This document shows positions 1 through 13,254 of a stretch of DNA of 64,000 nt, in pieces. The first letter of the stretch is position 1, and every line of letters starts with the position of its first letter. This DNA is from Sarea resinae (taxonomy: Eukaryota). Under the pieces are notes generated by a model that saw nothing but the letters and a program-made list of their open reading frames with translations, made no database searches and was not told the origin of the DNA. The stretch is from contig JAPEUD010000064.1 of the NCBI GenBank assembly GCA_026026165.1, positions 62,001 to 126,000 of the forward strand. The letters are read 5' to 3'. Position numbers and translations under genes: made by a program.

Positions 1-440
1 CAGCCCGCGAGTGTTGCTAGGTCCTCTAGCCGACTCGTCTGCCTCCATACGAGTCGGCAGATCCGGGATCAATCACTGGGCCTGTCAGTACGGCCGAGTA
101 CGCCTGTCCCAAGTCCCTCGACCTGGCCGTCAGGCAGCCTCCAGTCTTGCGCTCTTGCCGAAGGAGGGAGGTCGATTCATCAAACGTCAAAGAGAGGGTT
201 GGGCCGGAGAACGAGAGTGGTTTGGGCAGGGCAGCTGCTGTCATCTTTCTGATGGATGGCCGTTGAAATTAGGTAGGTGCAAGATTCGAGGAATGCAACT
301 AATATTTGCTCCTTCTTCCTCCTTCCTCGTCGGGTCGTAGAAACGGCCATCGCATCGACAGAGGATGAAGAATGAAGAACATACTCGATCACCATGTTGC
401 GTTGCATCATGGAAAGTCTGTCCCTGGAGACACGCTCTCC

Positions 441-457
441 TTCCTTCTTCTTCTTCT

Positions 458-492
<35 letters not shown>

Positions 493-503
493 TTCTTCCT
501 CTT
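441..503. repeat. (CTT)n trinucleotide microsatellite
   Basis: Direct reading. It explains the spurious poly-E/K/S/F ORFs here. Confidence 0.95.
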
Positions 504-3430
504 CTCCTTTGGGGGAGGGACCATGCGCATATCTATCCAGGGTCAATTGCCATTCCTGTACTTCGTATCTGTATACATCTGCGCAGGCTGGCTGTCTGGC
601 TGTTCTACCACGTAGAGCACTCTACGAAGTACGAATACATCCTCTGTAAACTCATGCTCATGCTTATGCTCCTGCCCCATGTCCAGCGGCCGGTGCCATC
701 GGCGTCATGAAGGCACAGGGCCGACTTCCTGTCCGAGTCAAGCCAATCAGATCCACTCCGCGCTGCCCTCTCTGCCCTCTCCGCCCTTCAACCACCACCC
801 CTCGCTCTTCCACCACGCCGGACCCGAGCGTGGGGTACCGGGGTACAGCTGCGGGCCCTGCGGCTAAAGGCTAAAGCGAGCGCAAGTCTTAAGTCTTTAC
901 GCCGGTCACTGGTGCGCAAGGCCAGTGGAAAGGAAAGCCACAGAACAGGACGAATGAGCGACTGTGGTCTCTGCTGTCTATTATGCGTGGTCGGCCTCTA
1001 GTGCACGGCACCTGTCGGAATCCGAGACAGAGGATAAAACACTGTCAAGGACGTCCAGTTGGCCGTTCTCGTTGTTGTGGAGGAGGAGGAGGATGATGAT
1101 GATGGTGATGATGATGATGATGTTGGATTTAATGGCTCACTAACCGCCTCGCTCCTCTTTGCCTCTGCATGATCACAGTCATCGTTGTACTCCGTAGAGC
1201 AACCTGGCTCGTCTATCAGCTCCCCGTCCTTCCTTCGTGCGTGCATGCAAGGTTGGATGGGCCCTCTCCACCTTGCGGGCCGGGGAATTTGTTCGCTGCA
1301 GCAACGTCTAACCTCATTCTCCCTTAGCTGACAGTGATCGTCGACCCCGAGCCCCTACCGCCATATGTCGATTCCTTACCTTCCAAGGCAAAAGACCTTG
1401 GATCCGTGTTCGTAGCATGTCAAGTCTTGTGCACAGGGCAAGTCACCGCTGCGACCCTTGCTCCGCGGAGCTGGTTGGGCCAGTGAGAAGCCGCTGCTTG
1501 GCGAGGAGAGCAAAGTCTTGTCGATCTTCTTCCACGTCGTCGTCGTCGTCGTCGTGAAGCCAACAGACTGACGATCATCGTCTTCTTTCCCTCCCTCCTT
1601 GGTCCTCTGACAATTTACCATGCGCCGTCCTTACAGGAGCCGACCTAACGCTTGCAGGCAGGCGCAAGCAATCAAGACCCGCGCCACCACCGCCGCCTCG
1701 TCATCCCCTTGGCCAACTCGCTAACTTTGTAGAAGGGGACATGAGCAATCAATTCCCCTTGTCGCCTCACAGGGTCTCGACATTAATCCGACGGGGGTGC
1801 CCAATTCAGTTTGTGCCGCCCAGGCTGTCAAGTTCATCACTCGCCATCGCCAGAGGAGACACTACTGAAGTAGACGGTCGGCTACCAAACATCATATTCA
1901 TATGCCATCATGCACTTCCCGTCTTCACCAAGCCAAGCATCGGTGCCTCGCCACCTCTCGATCTACCCGCCCTCTATCTGCGCTCGGACACGCCTGGGTA
2001 TGCATAGGGAAGGCGACGCGATGTGTTGCGCCTATGTAATGCGAAGCGGATCCGTCTTTTACATAGAGGACAACGACCATGAGATGCGCGCCGTTGATCA
2101 TCATCATCACCAGAGTCATTCGTATCATGTCTAATCCGCATTCGCACCATGATCGACGTTATTCTCCTCCTCTACCCGCGCCACAGACTATCCAGTGGCA
2201 AATTACAGTCTTTCAATGGGGTTTGTCAGCACCCAGCGGGCCGTCTAATGCCAGAGTCCTATCGCAATCAAACGTAGGGGAGAATCCCTCACAGTCTCAT
2301 CGTGCCGGCCGCCGTACGTAAAATACGCACATGGGGTGCTGGAAGACAGGTCGAGCTACCTACGGACACGGCTCCGTCGTGGGAATGCGCTCGTCTGATT
2401 CGCGAGGGTGGGAGGGGAAGGTGAGCGAAAGAGGAGGGAAGCGGGCGAGCTAGGTATCGCCGACTGTCCTTTCACTGACTGGCAAGCCTGTTCGATAGGT
2501 TTCAGGGATGGGGTGTATCAATGTTTGTTGGATGGCAACGCATGGCTGACAATACAATGAGCTCGGTTGGCTGGCCGGTTGGTTGGTTGGCTGGCCGGTT
2601 GGTCCGTTGCGTGGCCAGATAGTCGGTCAATTGTTGGCTGACAGAGGTCAGGTAGCGTTTGCGATACGTTGCCATCATCAACATCATTTTGTTCACCACC
2701 GTTCCCTACCTATCTTCGATCCGTCGACGACGAGACAGAAAGAGCGGCAGACACAATAGTATTGCATCACGGCAACTCCGGTGTCCACTAATTCGAGTGT
2801 CTATAAAAAGACCACATGTTTCCCAGAGATTGACAATTCAGTAGGGGAGACTTCGTACTCGGTAGATGAGAGTGATCCTGCAGCGAAGATCCAATCTCAC
2901 TACTGTACCAGGCGAGTCCCGCATCTCACGTCAGTAGTACGCTGTAGAGTAGTCGAGTCGCATACCTAGTCCTGAATTAATAGAGGGCACTACGAGGCTA
3001 TTCAGAGGCTACCTTGGGTCTGATGCGCCGTCGAAGTCTTGGAGCCTGGAGGTTAGGTAACCTAAGTCGAGACGATCCCATGTGCCGGCCCGACAGTTGG
3101 AACAACCAGGGTCGGTATATGGTCTATGTCGACGGCAATGCAGTTATGCAAAAGGGAAACGCATGATTAAGTCCCGACGGGTGGAGATGAATGACTGACT
3201 GATGATCCATGGCCGGCCCCGTTGGATGGGGTGCAGGCAACCCCCAGGTAAGCAGACGTGGATCCATGGATCCACGGAAAGGAGGGACAAGGGACTGTAG
3301 ATCGGCGGAGAGAGCGAGGCGAGGGACGAGGAGAGAGCTGGCGCGCAGACGGCGGACTGCTACTTGCCAAGGTGCCAAGTGCCGGCCCTATTCGGAGGAG
3401 ACCGAAGGATGGATCGTTTACCCAAGGCAG

Positions 3431-3487
3431 GCGAGAGGGCGAGAGGACGAGAGGGCGAGAGGACGAGAGGACGAGAGGACGAGAGGA
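3431..3487. repeat. 8-bp tandem repeat (CGAGAGGR) x~7
   Basis: gcgagagggcgagaggacgagagggcgagaggacgagaggacgagaggacgagagga. Confidence 0.9.
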
Positions 3488-4214
3488 AAAGCGGAACGAC
3501 GGGAGGAAGGGCCCCAGGACCCTGCACAGGCGGGCTTTCGGCTCTCCAAACACCGGCACTCGATCGCTCTACCGGGTACATTGCACTGGGAACACTGGGA
3601 GCACGGGGAGCTGGATATCCCGATTCCTCGTGCACGAGCAGAACAACCGGTATTCTCCCGTGCCGTCTGCATCTGTTTGAGTGCCATGCACCCCCTGTAC
3701 ATATATCTCTGTTCGAACGGAGGGCGGTCTGTTCGTGTTTGCGATGCGAAGGAGCGGGACGGCAGGGAGCTAGAGTACTCGTACGCCCCGAAGTCATCCA
3801 ACACGCATAGGAGATATTTCACACGGCACCCCGTGACTTTGTCCCGAGTAGACGGTGAATGTACGAAGAACCTACTGAAGAGGAACCTATCTCCACGGAC
3901 ATGCAAGCCAACTACGCTTTTGCGCGTTTTGCCGGCCTCGTCTTCTATTCTAGACCGTGCGCAAATGACTGCGTACGGAGTACGTCCGAGAAGCAACTAA
4001 GTGCAAACGTAGAAATCAATAAACCAGGGAAGAACAAAGAGCCAAAAACGGCCGTATATACAGCTACCTCCCCCCAGCCCCCAGCCCCCAACGAGTGCCC
4101 CTGAGCCTGAGCCCAAGCACTCGTTCGAGGCTCAACAAGCAAACACGGCAACAAAAGCAATATCGGACGATGGATGAATCTAGCGCAACTGCCGCGCACG
4201 CCGTAGTACAGACG

Positions 4215-4255
<41 letters not shown>

Positions 4256-4260
4256 CCCCC
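4215..4260. repeat. poly-C tract (~45 nt)
   Basis: Direct reading; one T interruption. Confidence 0.95.
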
Positions 4261-5329
4261 TCCTCTCGGGATCTCATTACATACATAGTACGGCGTCTGC
4301 AGAGCAAAGTCCAGCCCACTGGGATTGAGACGGCCACCATGAGGTAAACCAATCTCGGCCACCCGCCGCGCCGTGCCGCGCAAACGTCCAGGTGGGCTCG
4401 AAAGCTCCGAACCATCAGGCTTCAATAATGAGCTGCACGAACAAGCCCGTGAGCCGCATCAAATTCATCTCGAAGCAATCTATCCGCGACAACCCGCCCC
4501 CCGTATATCTCTCGTTTGAGCAGGCCCAGATTCCCATCCGCCATTCCCCCCCAACCCCAGAATCTTGCCCATCTCAAGACATTGGATCTCCCCGTCCCCG
4601 ATCGATCGGGAAATGCATCCCGCCCATCTATCTTCTTCTTCTCTCTCATAATGACCTGCCTATTCCGCACGGACGCTAACGACAAGTGGGAAGGGGATTC
4701 ATCATGAGCCGCTCGGCATATTGGGGTTTGATTATTGATTCGACGATATATCTGAGACTGGCGGATGCATAGACAGCTAGCTTATGGGCAAAGCTCGTTC
4801 GGTACCGGACCAAGAAGTATGAAGCTGCCCAAGAGACGGGACAGTAATATGAATATCGCCCTCTTCTTCACACAAGCGCAGATCTCTCCGTGCGAATATT
4901 GACGCACTCGCTCCGCTTGGCTCTGATCTAGGTGCGCATTTACATACGCATCCGGTACCCTGTGAGCCTATGCGATTCATCGCAGAGTAATTCCCATCTC
5001 CCCGATTGCCATCGACCCAATTGCTGGCTTCGCTTAGCTCTATATTGCCGAAACGAATATCCTCGATTGCTCGGGCTGGATGTGAGATTTTGAAGTATGA
5101 CCAGGCCCACAACAACGTCAAAGAGGGCAAGACCAAGGACAGATGCCAATATTGCTTGCTAGATATATATATATATATATAATCATCGGTCACAACAAAG
5201 ATGCGTGATGCAAACAGATCTTCGGGGGTCTCTCTCTGATTCGTTCTGATTCCAGTAATGACTTTTTCAGCATGTTTCGTGCCCGTTTACTATTCATCAC
5301 CCACGCAGGTAGAGTGTTTGTTTCCATTA

Positions 5330-6160
5330 AAAAAGCCCATTGACATATCCTTACCACTTAGGTTATAAACAGACTTGAACAATCAATCTTCTCTATCTTC
5401 TATTATCTAATGCATTATTTCTATTCTCTCTCTAGAATATCTTTAGAGGAAGAGATAAGGTAAGGAGAAAACCTACTAGATTCTTAAGTGTGTTAAAGGG
5501 ATATTGTCTAAATCTAGACTAATCAACAAAGTCAGGACGCCCACGGTTGTTAGGATCGCATGCTTTATAGGAAGAGACTTTATCCTTAATCATCTTAATT
5601 GAGCGTATTAAATGCCGGTGTTAACGCCTTGCAATGTTCTTCCTCTATTAGAGAGGAGGATCTTAACCTTCGCGACACAATTAGAAGGCTGTATTCTTGC
5701 TGCAATAGAAGAGATAGGTGGTTGTAGATCTTCTAGAGTAATAGAGATAAGTGATAATGTTTATGAGTATCTAGTGCCCTGACTTAATTTTACTCTTAGA
5801 AAGAACTTTGACTTTCTTTTCTTTAGACCTTAGATTAGGTTTCTCTCCTTGTAATGCTAGATCCTTTCGTTGTGTTTAGAGATCGATTTACCTCCTAGGA
5901 AGCCCCTTCCTATGGTCACTGCTCTAACTGTCTTCCTAACTGTGCTCAGCCGCGGCGTCATCATCGTCGAGCGAGCAGCGTTTCAGCGTCTCGACGAATT
6001 AGGGATTGGCAAGGGCGCCAGTAAACTCCTCGAGGACCTGACGTTGCCACGGCCGACATGGTTGGTATTAACCCTAACCCCTACCCACATGTTTCATAGG
6101 GCCTTCTTGCCCTTGATAACCTTCACTAACTCTCTGGCTCTGTGGAGATTGCGGAAATGA
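5330..6160. mobile_element. AT/TpA-rich degenerate repeat relic (RIP-like)
   Basis: Abrupt drop in GC with many TA/TAG/CTA. The minus-strand frame is protein-like but broken by repeated TAG stops. It lies next to the copia relic. Confidence 0.45.
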
Positions 6161-6604
6161 CCGATTTACCTCAGGGGCCCTGCTAGGATAGGGTAGGAGG
6201 AACCGGGATGTGGATAGGCCTGATCGAAGGTAAAGAGACAGAGGAACGCTGTATTAGAATGCTATCACTGTGAGAAGAACATGAGAGAGAAGCTGGCTCA
6301 TTTGTGCCTTCTGGTAAAAAAATACTTGGACTGGACCACCTGGGGGTCCACAACTCCTGAATTATTTGGACCATTTGGAACTTCGGACCACTGGACCGTT
6401 AGACCATCGACAGCACCGTCAAGCTGGACCTGCCGCTGTGCTTTGGTCTAAGCTGTGTACGATTTGACCAGCGCGCCTATGTCTTTGATTGAGTTGTAGA
6501 GCTGTATGTATCGCCATTTAAAATCCTCATTCGATGGCTGCACAATAGTGGTGCCTAGCACTTCTCCTTGTACGTTAGTATCAATACATCCCGAGCCAAC
6601 ATGT

Positions 6605-7421
6605 CCCGCTTCTGTTTATCGATTAGATTCCAGGTTTTATTAGTGTTGAGTGATCGAATTTCTTCCTCCATGGCGGCGATCCAGTGCTTTTGCTCAGTGC
6701 TAGCCATGGCCTCCTTATAGGAATTCGGTTATTAATCGTCACTATTGACGTCAATTTGCAGGCCTTTAACATGATGCGGCCAGCCAATAGGAGGAAGAGG
6801 AGGAGGTGACTGCGTGTCAGAGATATCATGAGAATCGTCGTCACTAGGCGAGGTGTTAGGTTCCTCCGTGGCTATGGTGTTGACCTTCTCGTTGCTAGCC
6901 TTCTCGGCATTGCTGACTCCTAGTGTCTCGTTGAAACGGACGTCTCGTTTGATGAGGAGTTCTTGCTTGATATGGTCATGAACTCGGTCCTGATTGGTTG
7001 CCTCATAGCCTAGGAAAGTCATCTTGCTGCTGCGAGGTGCTATTTTGCCTTTTGCCTTCGCCTTATGGTCCAGAACGGAGGCATCGCAGCCAAAAACGCG
7101 GAGATGAGAGAAGTCAAGTCGCTGCTTGGTAAGCAATTCGAAAGGAGTCAATCGTTGCTGAGTGCTACTAGTAGGGCTCCTATTGGTCAAATATATTGCT
7201 GTATTGAGCGATTCCAGCCAAAAGGTCTTGCTGAGACCTGCATCAATGAGCTGGGTCATAGTCTTCTCAATGACTGCGATTAGAACGTTCTGCAATGTCA
7301 TTTTGCTCGGGGGTGTACGGAACGGTGGGCTCCCATTGGATGCCTTAGAATATGTGCGGCTGTCTCTTAAAGAAGTCCTCAAATGATCCAGTCTCACCAC
7401 CGCCGGAACTAGAGACCACAA
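6605..7421 (-). mobile_element. Ty1/copia LTR-retrotransposon relic: integrase C-terminus plus start of reverse transcriptase, frameshifted and truncated
   Basis: Integrase motif TPEQNDIAERSNR sits in a different frame from downstream FWLESLNTAIYLTNRSPT..TPFELL..LDFSHLRVFGC..KIAPRS..FLGY..RDVRFNE. The RT start PNSYKEAMASTEQKHWIAAMEEEIRSLNTNKTWNL (~6730-6620) follows past the ORF stop. Integrase-before-RT order indicates copia. Confidence 0.9.
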
Positions 7422-10400
7422 TAACTGATGCCCTTCGGTTCAATCCGGCGCATAGTGGTAGCGAACGCACGTAGGAACAGGTTTGCCTATATGACTTTGG
7501 AGTTGAGGTTCCGGCTTGCTTGTGATTGCGAAGGTGATAATGGCCAGAATAGAAGTGCCGGTCATTGACGCTGGGCCTCTCGAGATTTAGGGTTCTACCT
7601 GCTTCTGTAGCTTTAATATAAGCCTGCTTGCGCGGCGGATGCGCTAATATGCCTGTTAAGCCAATGAAAACACAAGTCGTAGACTATAGCTAGAGAAGTG
7701 GATAGAACCTTAGTAACATATGTAGATCTGTCTATAAGATTAATCACAGCAGAGAAAATGTTAGATTCGTGCTTGATAGCTCTACAGCACAGACCCGGTG
7801 GTTTTTCAATTGTGGTATGACTGTCATACTCTAAGATCAGAGATTAGATATCTCTCAACGCGTATAATATTGATTCGTTGCTGACGCAGCTCTAATAGGG
7901 GATATCTTTGAATTCAACAGCCTTGGCTGTCGAATGAGCCTATGCCTACTTGCCTCTCCGGTTTCAATTCGGAATGGTGGCCCAGTGCTGAATAGGCCAA
8001 ATGCATAGTCAAATATGTCGACATGCACGTCTTCTAGAGTGGTCTGTTGCTGGTGGATAGCACAGCTAGAATATGCTCCGGTAAGAGGATGGTGAGGGAG
8101 GCTATAGTTTCGATCAGTTTCTAGAAGTTATCTTACACCGTCGAATCTATATATCTATGTTAATACAACAGATACTGTATTTCATATATAGAGAGCACAA
8201 TGTAGAAGACGTACCTTGCCCACAGTTTAGGATCCAGATTCTTGAGGACAAAGTCGAGGTATTCAACGAGGATTTGACTGGCTTGAATTCAAGCGATAGC
8301 ATCAGTGCTGCATGGCCGAACCCGGTCTTCAAGGTAGCCTCTGTATGATCTAGGTAAATATCCTGCATACGTCCTCTAGCGTCTTATGTGGACCTCTACG
8401 CTTTGATGCGCTTCCCCTTGTGATGGTCTGGGTGTTGTAGTTGTTTCGGGCTCTGCATCGGTGAGCGCCAGCCCTCCAAGGAGGTCTTGCCTCTCAGAAT
8501 GCCCTCTGGATGTGCTCTGTTCACTGCCATCCGCCTTATGCCCCCCGACCGCATATCAAGGGCGAATTCGAAAGCCCTGGCCGTTGTAATGACTTTCAAC
8601 ATGACGGCGTTCTCTGATAGCGTAGCCTTGTAGGAGCTCCACGCGCATGAGAAGCTATTGGCCGGTCCGGAATCAGTTTTTATTGTCGCTGTGATGCACA
8701 GAAGTCCTTATCTGATACTCGTATAGAGTATATATATTGTGTCTACTCTTTGCTGTAACCGTTTGATAGAGAACAATGGGTATAGCCCAGAACTTTCTAG
8801 GTTCTACCGATTCGATAACAGCAAACAATGATCGAGTGCTTCAATCATGTTTGCTGGAGGAGGGTTGGTAGAGGAGGGTTTATCGGTTGGGATTGTTTAC
8901 AATCCCCAGTGCATTCACTGCACCAGGCGACAACCAATACACCAGAACCATCCAAGTTTGGTTCAAGTGATTCCACCGACTGACTCCACAACGTCGAAGT
9001 CTTTGAACCAAGCCTTGATCTGTGTACGTTCGGCTGCAGTAGTGTCCGAGAGATGCGTATTTGCGAGATGATTTCCGGCTGCAACTTAAAAAATGCACTA
9101 CCGTGTGTCTTACAGGCTGATAACTTCCACTCCCTCAGGTAAAAGAAGATATTGGGCGTGGAACAGAGCTCTGGTACGGACGAGTTTGCAGGAGCTAAAC
9201 ACATCTTAAGAGGAACATGACTGAGAAGAACTGGAACAAGAGGGATAGAGGTGGTTAAATGAGAGAGCTGTATCTGCTGTGTGATATACATCACACCGAG
9301 TAAGTTTGGAGGATTCTCAAGGCTCCGGACCACGTTGAGGGGACGTTCTTCCCCCCACCACTGGGAGAGTTCCGCCTACTCCTGCCACTATACAAAAATC
9401 GATAGACCCCCCAGACACACGACTTGGTGGTATGCAGCGCTGTAGTTCTTAAATAGTATTAATAGCTAATTCTTAGAAGCGGGATAATTTAGTTAGTCAG
9501 TGACAATCTCCTGTACCAGGAGCCTAAAGGGGGCCTTAGGCAGTAAAAGTTAGTGTCCTATCTGGTAGTAGATGATATAACAAAGAGCTGTATGTTCAGG
9601 GCTCCTCTCTGCTAGAAATTATTTCTGAGTGTTTGCAAAGTTAGTATGTTTGTCTAAATAGTTTGCGTGATCGGACCTAGACACTATCACTCTCATTTAA
9701 AATCATGAACATGACTGCTGTTGCCTGAGGCAGTAGCAACATAATGGCTGGTTGAAATAGAACTGTAATAGGGACCTAGGCAGATATTCCAGAATCAGGG
9801 AGAAGGAATATTCTGGCAGCGTCTTGCTATATTTGCATAGTATTGTGCTGGACTGTAGGACTGTTCTGGATAACAGTCTGCTGATTCGCCATGTCCAAAT
9901 AGGTTTGTTCGATCAGATTGTCTATTCTCGTTAGTTTATTGTATTGTCCACCTGTGAATCAAGTCGAACCTGGCCCATCGGGCCCATGGTTCCTGACATG
10001 TTTGGTTCTGACTGCTGTGGCTCCAGAGAGTAGCTGTTGGTTGATTTCTTACTGGCTAAGAACTCACAAATATCCAGTGTATGCTAGCAAGTTCCGGACT
10101 GAGTGGTTGAAGTCCGATATTCTTGTATGGCGGATAGACGGCGCCGTACGCGGCATCCATGTAGTCTCGCAGCTCCTGTGTCACACCACAGCCTGGCTCC
10201 GGGTCTCCATCGTCCCAGGCGCGGGAGTGCTACCCCAAGTCTATGCTTACTTTGGTAGGTAGCTACCCCACCCCGCGGCGGCAATATGGCCGAAGCCATG
10301 CTGCCGGGTTCTGGCTGCGTCTTGCAGCTAGAAGGCTACCTCTACAATGATGCCTTGGCACCAGTAGGGCAGCGTCACCCAGCTTAGCACACAGCAAGTT

Positions 10401-12438
10401 CGCCCCTCCAGGCCTCGTACCATGACGACCACATGAGACCCCTGAGGAGCCTTGGTAAGGTATCGGATCAGGTTCCGATACGGCCCTGGGAAGGGGAGAA
10501 ACGGTTGAAGTATTTAACTTCGTCGTAGATGAGATTTTACTAGCTACATGGCTTCCGATTAGCACGAGCATAGCCTTCAATGACAAGACATACCTATGAC
10601 TGCCGAAATACTGAGCTCCTCCCTGTCCCGTTGATGCTGCTGATATTTGTATTTGATCGGTGATCCTTTCTGATTTTACTCGTTTAGAGGGGCCATCGAA
10701 ACCGCTTCGATCCGAACTGGGGAAGTGCCCTCCAAAGTGCCTAACGATCACTGTCTCAGTTCCAGAGGTCTATCGTTGTTTGACAAGCCCCTCCGATAGG
10801 CTGACCTGCGAATCGTGGCTTGATTCTGAAACCTAGCAAGAGGCTAAAGACGACCAGCAGACCACCCTGTGATGTTTTTACCTTTAAGCAGCATGTATGA
10901 TGTACGAAGTACACCTATTCACCTTCTGCAAAAGCAGTGAATACCTAGCTCTGGAAGCCACTTTATCAGATGCTCTTCTCGGATAGCGCACATCGTTGCC
11001 AGTATCCCATTACCGGCTTCGGCTTCTTTTGCGTTGAACTTTTAGCATCCTGTCGTTTGAGGCATGCTGCCTAGAGACTGAAGTAGGATCGATGGGTGTT
11101 GTTGATCTGCCATGCTGCCTTGAGGTGATATAGAACGACCTAGAACTGTTAATGATGATGACATCTCGTTGAGGACCTGCCTGATATATAAAGTCGAAAA
11201 AGTAGACACGAGAATCCAAATAGCTATATTTGCCTTTCCAAGCTGTAGTATCAGGACACTCTCAACGCGAGCAGGACTGTAGATGTGGAGAGACTCTGTT
11301 CCCTGTTTTCTTGCTCATTTTGATCCTTATAGTTTATTTTTCCTCCACTGCTCTTGCCTCTGCCTGTACTCTGTAAGATACAATGATTAGAACTTAACCC
11401 AATGTATAACCAGAAATCAAATACTTGGCCAGGGCCGTCGATAGTCGACTAATCTATCGCTCTATATAGTGCAAATGTGACGACTAGAAGGATGTATCAT
11501 TCTCTAGTAACAGAGAGCGGCCCCATCAAATATCGACATAAACATTATTCCTTTGAGCAGCCCTAGAAGGTACAAACATAGTAAGGCAGGGTATAAGAGT
11601 GTGACTTGATCATGAAAGCATCTAGAAGTCGCATATCGACGCCAGCCTTGACATTCAAAGTTGTATTGTATGCATAGCGGGATGAAGTAGAAGCAGGAAT
11701 AGAAGCAGGAGAAAGAGCAGGAGTTGAATTGATGGTCTGAAGACGTCAATGGTCACAGCGAGCCATGTGGAGATCTATGAGAGTGAGAGGCTAGGTAGGC
11801 TGCGTGGTCAGAGTACAATCAACAAGAAGTGGGGCAAGGAATAGAAATGAATTGTGCTGTGCGATCACTCGAGGCATTGCAAGGTAAGGTACTTTAGCCA
11901 GTGAATCAGGTAGCTGAGGAACGTCGTGAAGCGCAGTACGCTGTATTCCATAACCAAGTTCGGGGAAAGCGCCCAGGTCAACAATAATCACAGTCATACG
12001 GGAAAGGCTGCGGCATTATGACATTGCAGCCCGAGACAACAGGAAAAATATCATGATGAAAGATCCAGAGCACACTTGCAGAACAATCTGATGGGATGGA
12101 TAGTATACAACTTTGGTTTCCCAAAAGCTCGAGCTAAATTGATCCGAATCACAGACTAAGGTATAGAAGAGGTCCAGCACGACCGACCGGAACTCCATGC
12201 TGCGCGATCATTTGCTTCGGCAGAAAAGCCTGATCCTCTGTGACGCATCGACGCAGCAGCCTCGCCCTAGCCACGAGAGCTGTCCATGCATCCCCTGTCT
12301 CAACGCTTTATATGCACACATGAAAATATTCACCCATCGCATATGTCTCCAATGATTTAGCCATTTCCAATCTAGAAGCATTGTCGAACTTCTCAGTCCC
12401 CGTAGGAAGGTCCGACAAGCTTGGGTATCGTCCACCAC

Positions 12439-13254
12439 TTAAGCATCCTCGCCATCAGTGTAGCGCGCATGGCCGTTGGATTCCTCGAGGGCAATCTTTC
12501 CCTCACTTGGGAGGAAGAAATAAGCGCCCCAGACGACGACACAAGCGAACGCAATGCACAAAAGAGAGCCGACGGTCACAACGGCCTCGGTGGGGTTTGA
12601 CGAGTGAAGAGCCACGATCAAGGGGCTGCCGATACCGGCGTTGGAGCCCACCATGGTGAAGGGGAAGACGAAGAAGATGGTCAATAGCGCAGGCCATGAC
12701 GTGGCACGAGCTCGGACATTTGCGCACACGGTGCTGAATACCATGACTTGGGCCATCTCAAGGACACCGATGCAGAGAGGGTACTTGAAGATGCGGAAGA
12801 CATGTGGGCCCCAGTACTCGTACGCGCCGCCGTTGATACCGATCATCTCAAAGATGCAGGAGGTCAGCAGCTCGCTGATGGCATATTTATACCACTTGGC
12901 GCGCGTGATGCCGCGTTGGATGTCGCGAGTCAAGAAGACGGCGACGGAGGCGTAGAGTGTAACGTAGCCGCTGTAGACCCACATTGGCTGGGGGATGTCG
13001 AAGGCGGTGAATGTCTTCCACATGCCGGGCGTGTAGAAATAAAGCATGAGGGCATTGTCGTAGAGGGGCTCGACGTAGCCACCGACGGCGGCGGCCATGA
13101 CGATGAAGGTGTAGAAGGGCGTCCTCTCTTTTCGTCCAATCAAGACGGTGTAGACCAGAAACCCCAGCCAGATGGCGTAGCTGCCCGAGACCAAGACGGC
13201 CTGGGTGACTCTGTTGAGATCATGGTCGACGGGGGGAGTGAGAATCTCAACCAT
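12439..13254 (-). CDS. Intronless multi-pass membrane protein, 271 aa, function unknown (possible membrane cyclase/hydratase-like fold)
   Basis: Clean ATG-TAA ORF with GC-rich third positions and ~7 hydrophobic segments. Two internally similar E-containing motifs: VEPLYDNALMLYFY..IPQPMW and FEMIGINGGAYEYWG..KYPLCI. Confidence 0.85.
   Translation of the reverse strand: MVEILTPPVDHDLNRVTQAVLVSGSYAIWLGFLVYTVLIGRKERTPFYTFIVMAAAVGGYVEPLYDNALMLYFYTPGMWKTFTAFDIPQPMWVYSGYVTLYASVAVFLTRDIQRGITRAKWYKYAISELLTSCIFEMIGINGGAYEYWGPHVFRIFKYPLCIGVLEMAQVMVFSTVCANVRARATSWPALLTIFFVFPFTMVGSNAGIGSPLIVALHSSNPTEAVVTVGSLLCIAFACVVVWGAYFFLPSEGKIALEESNGHARYTDGEDA

Noticed and set aside
180..710. Overlapping ORFs with poly-K/E/S/L/F tracts
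   Set aside because: Artefacts of the (CTT)n microsatellite.
3124..4425. Several long overlapping ORFs (up to 263 aa)
   Set aside because: Driven by an 8-bp tandem repeat and poly-C in GC-rich DNA; no recognisable motifs.
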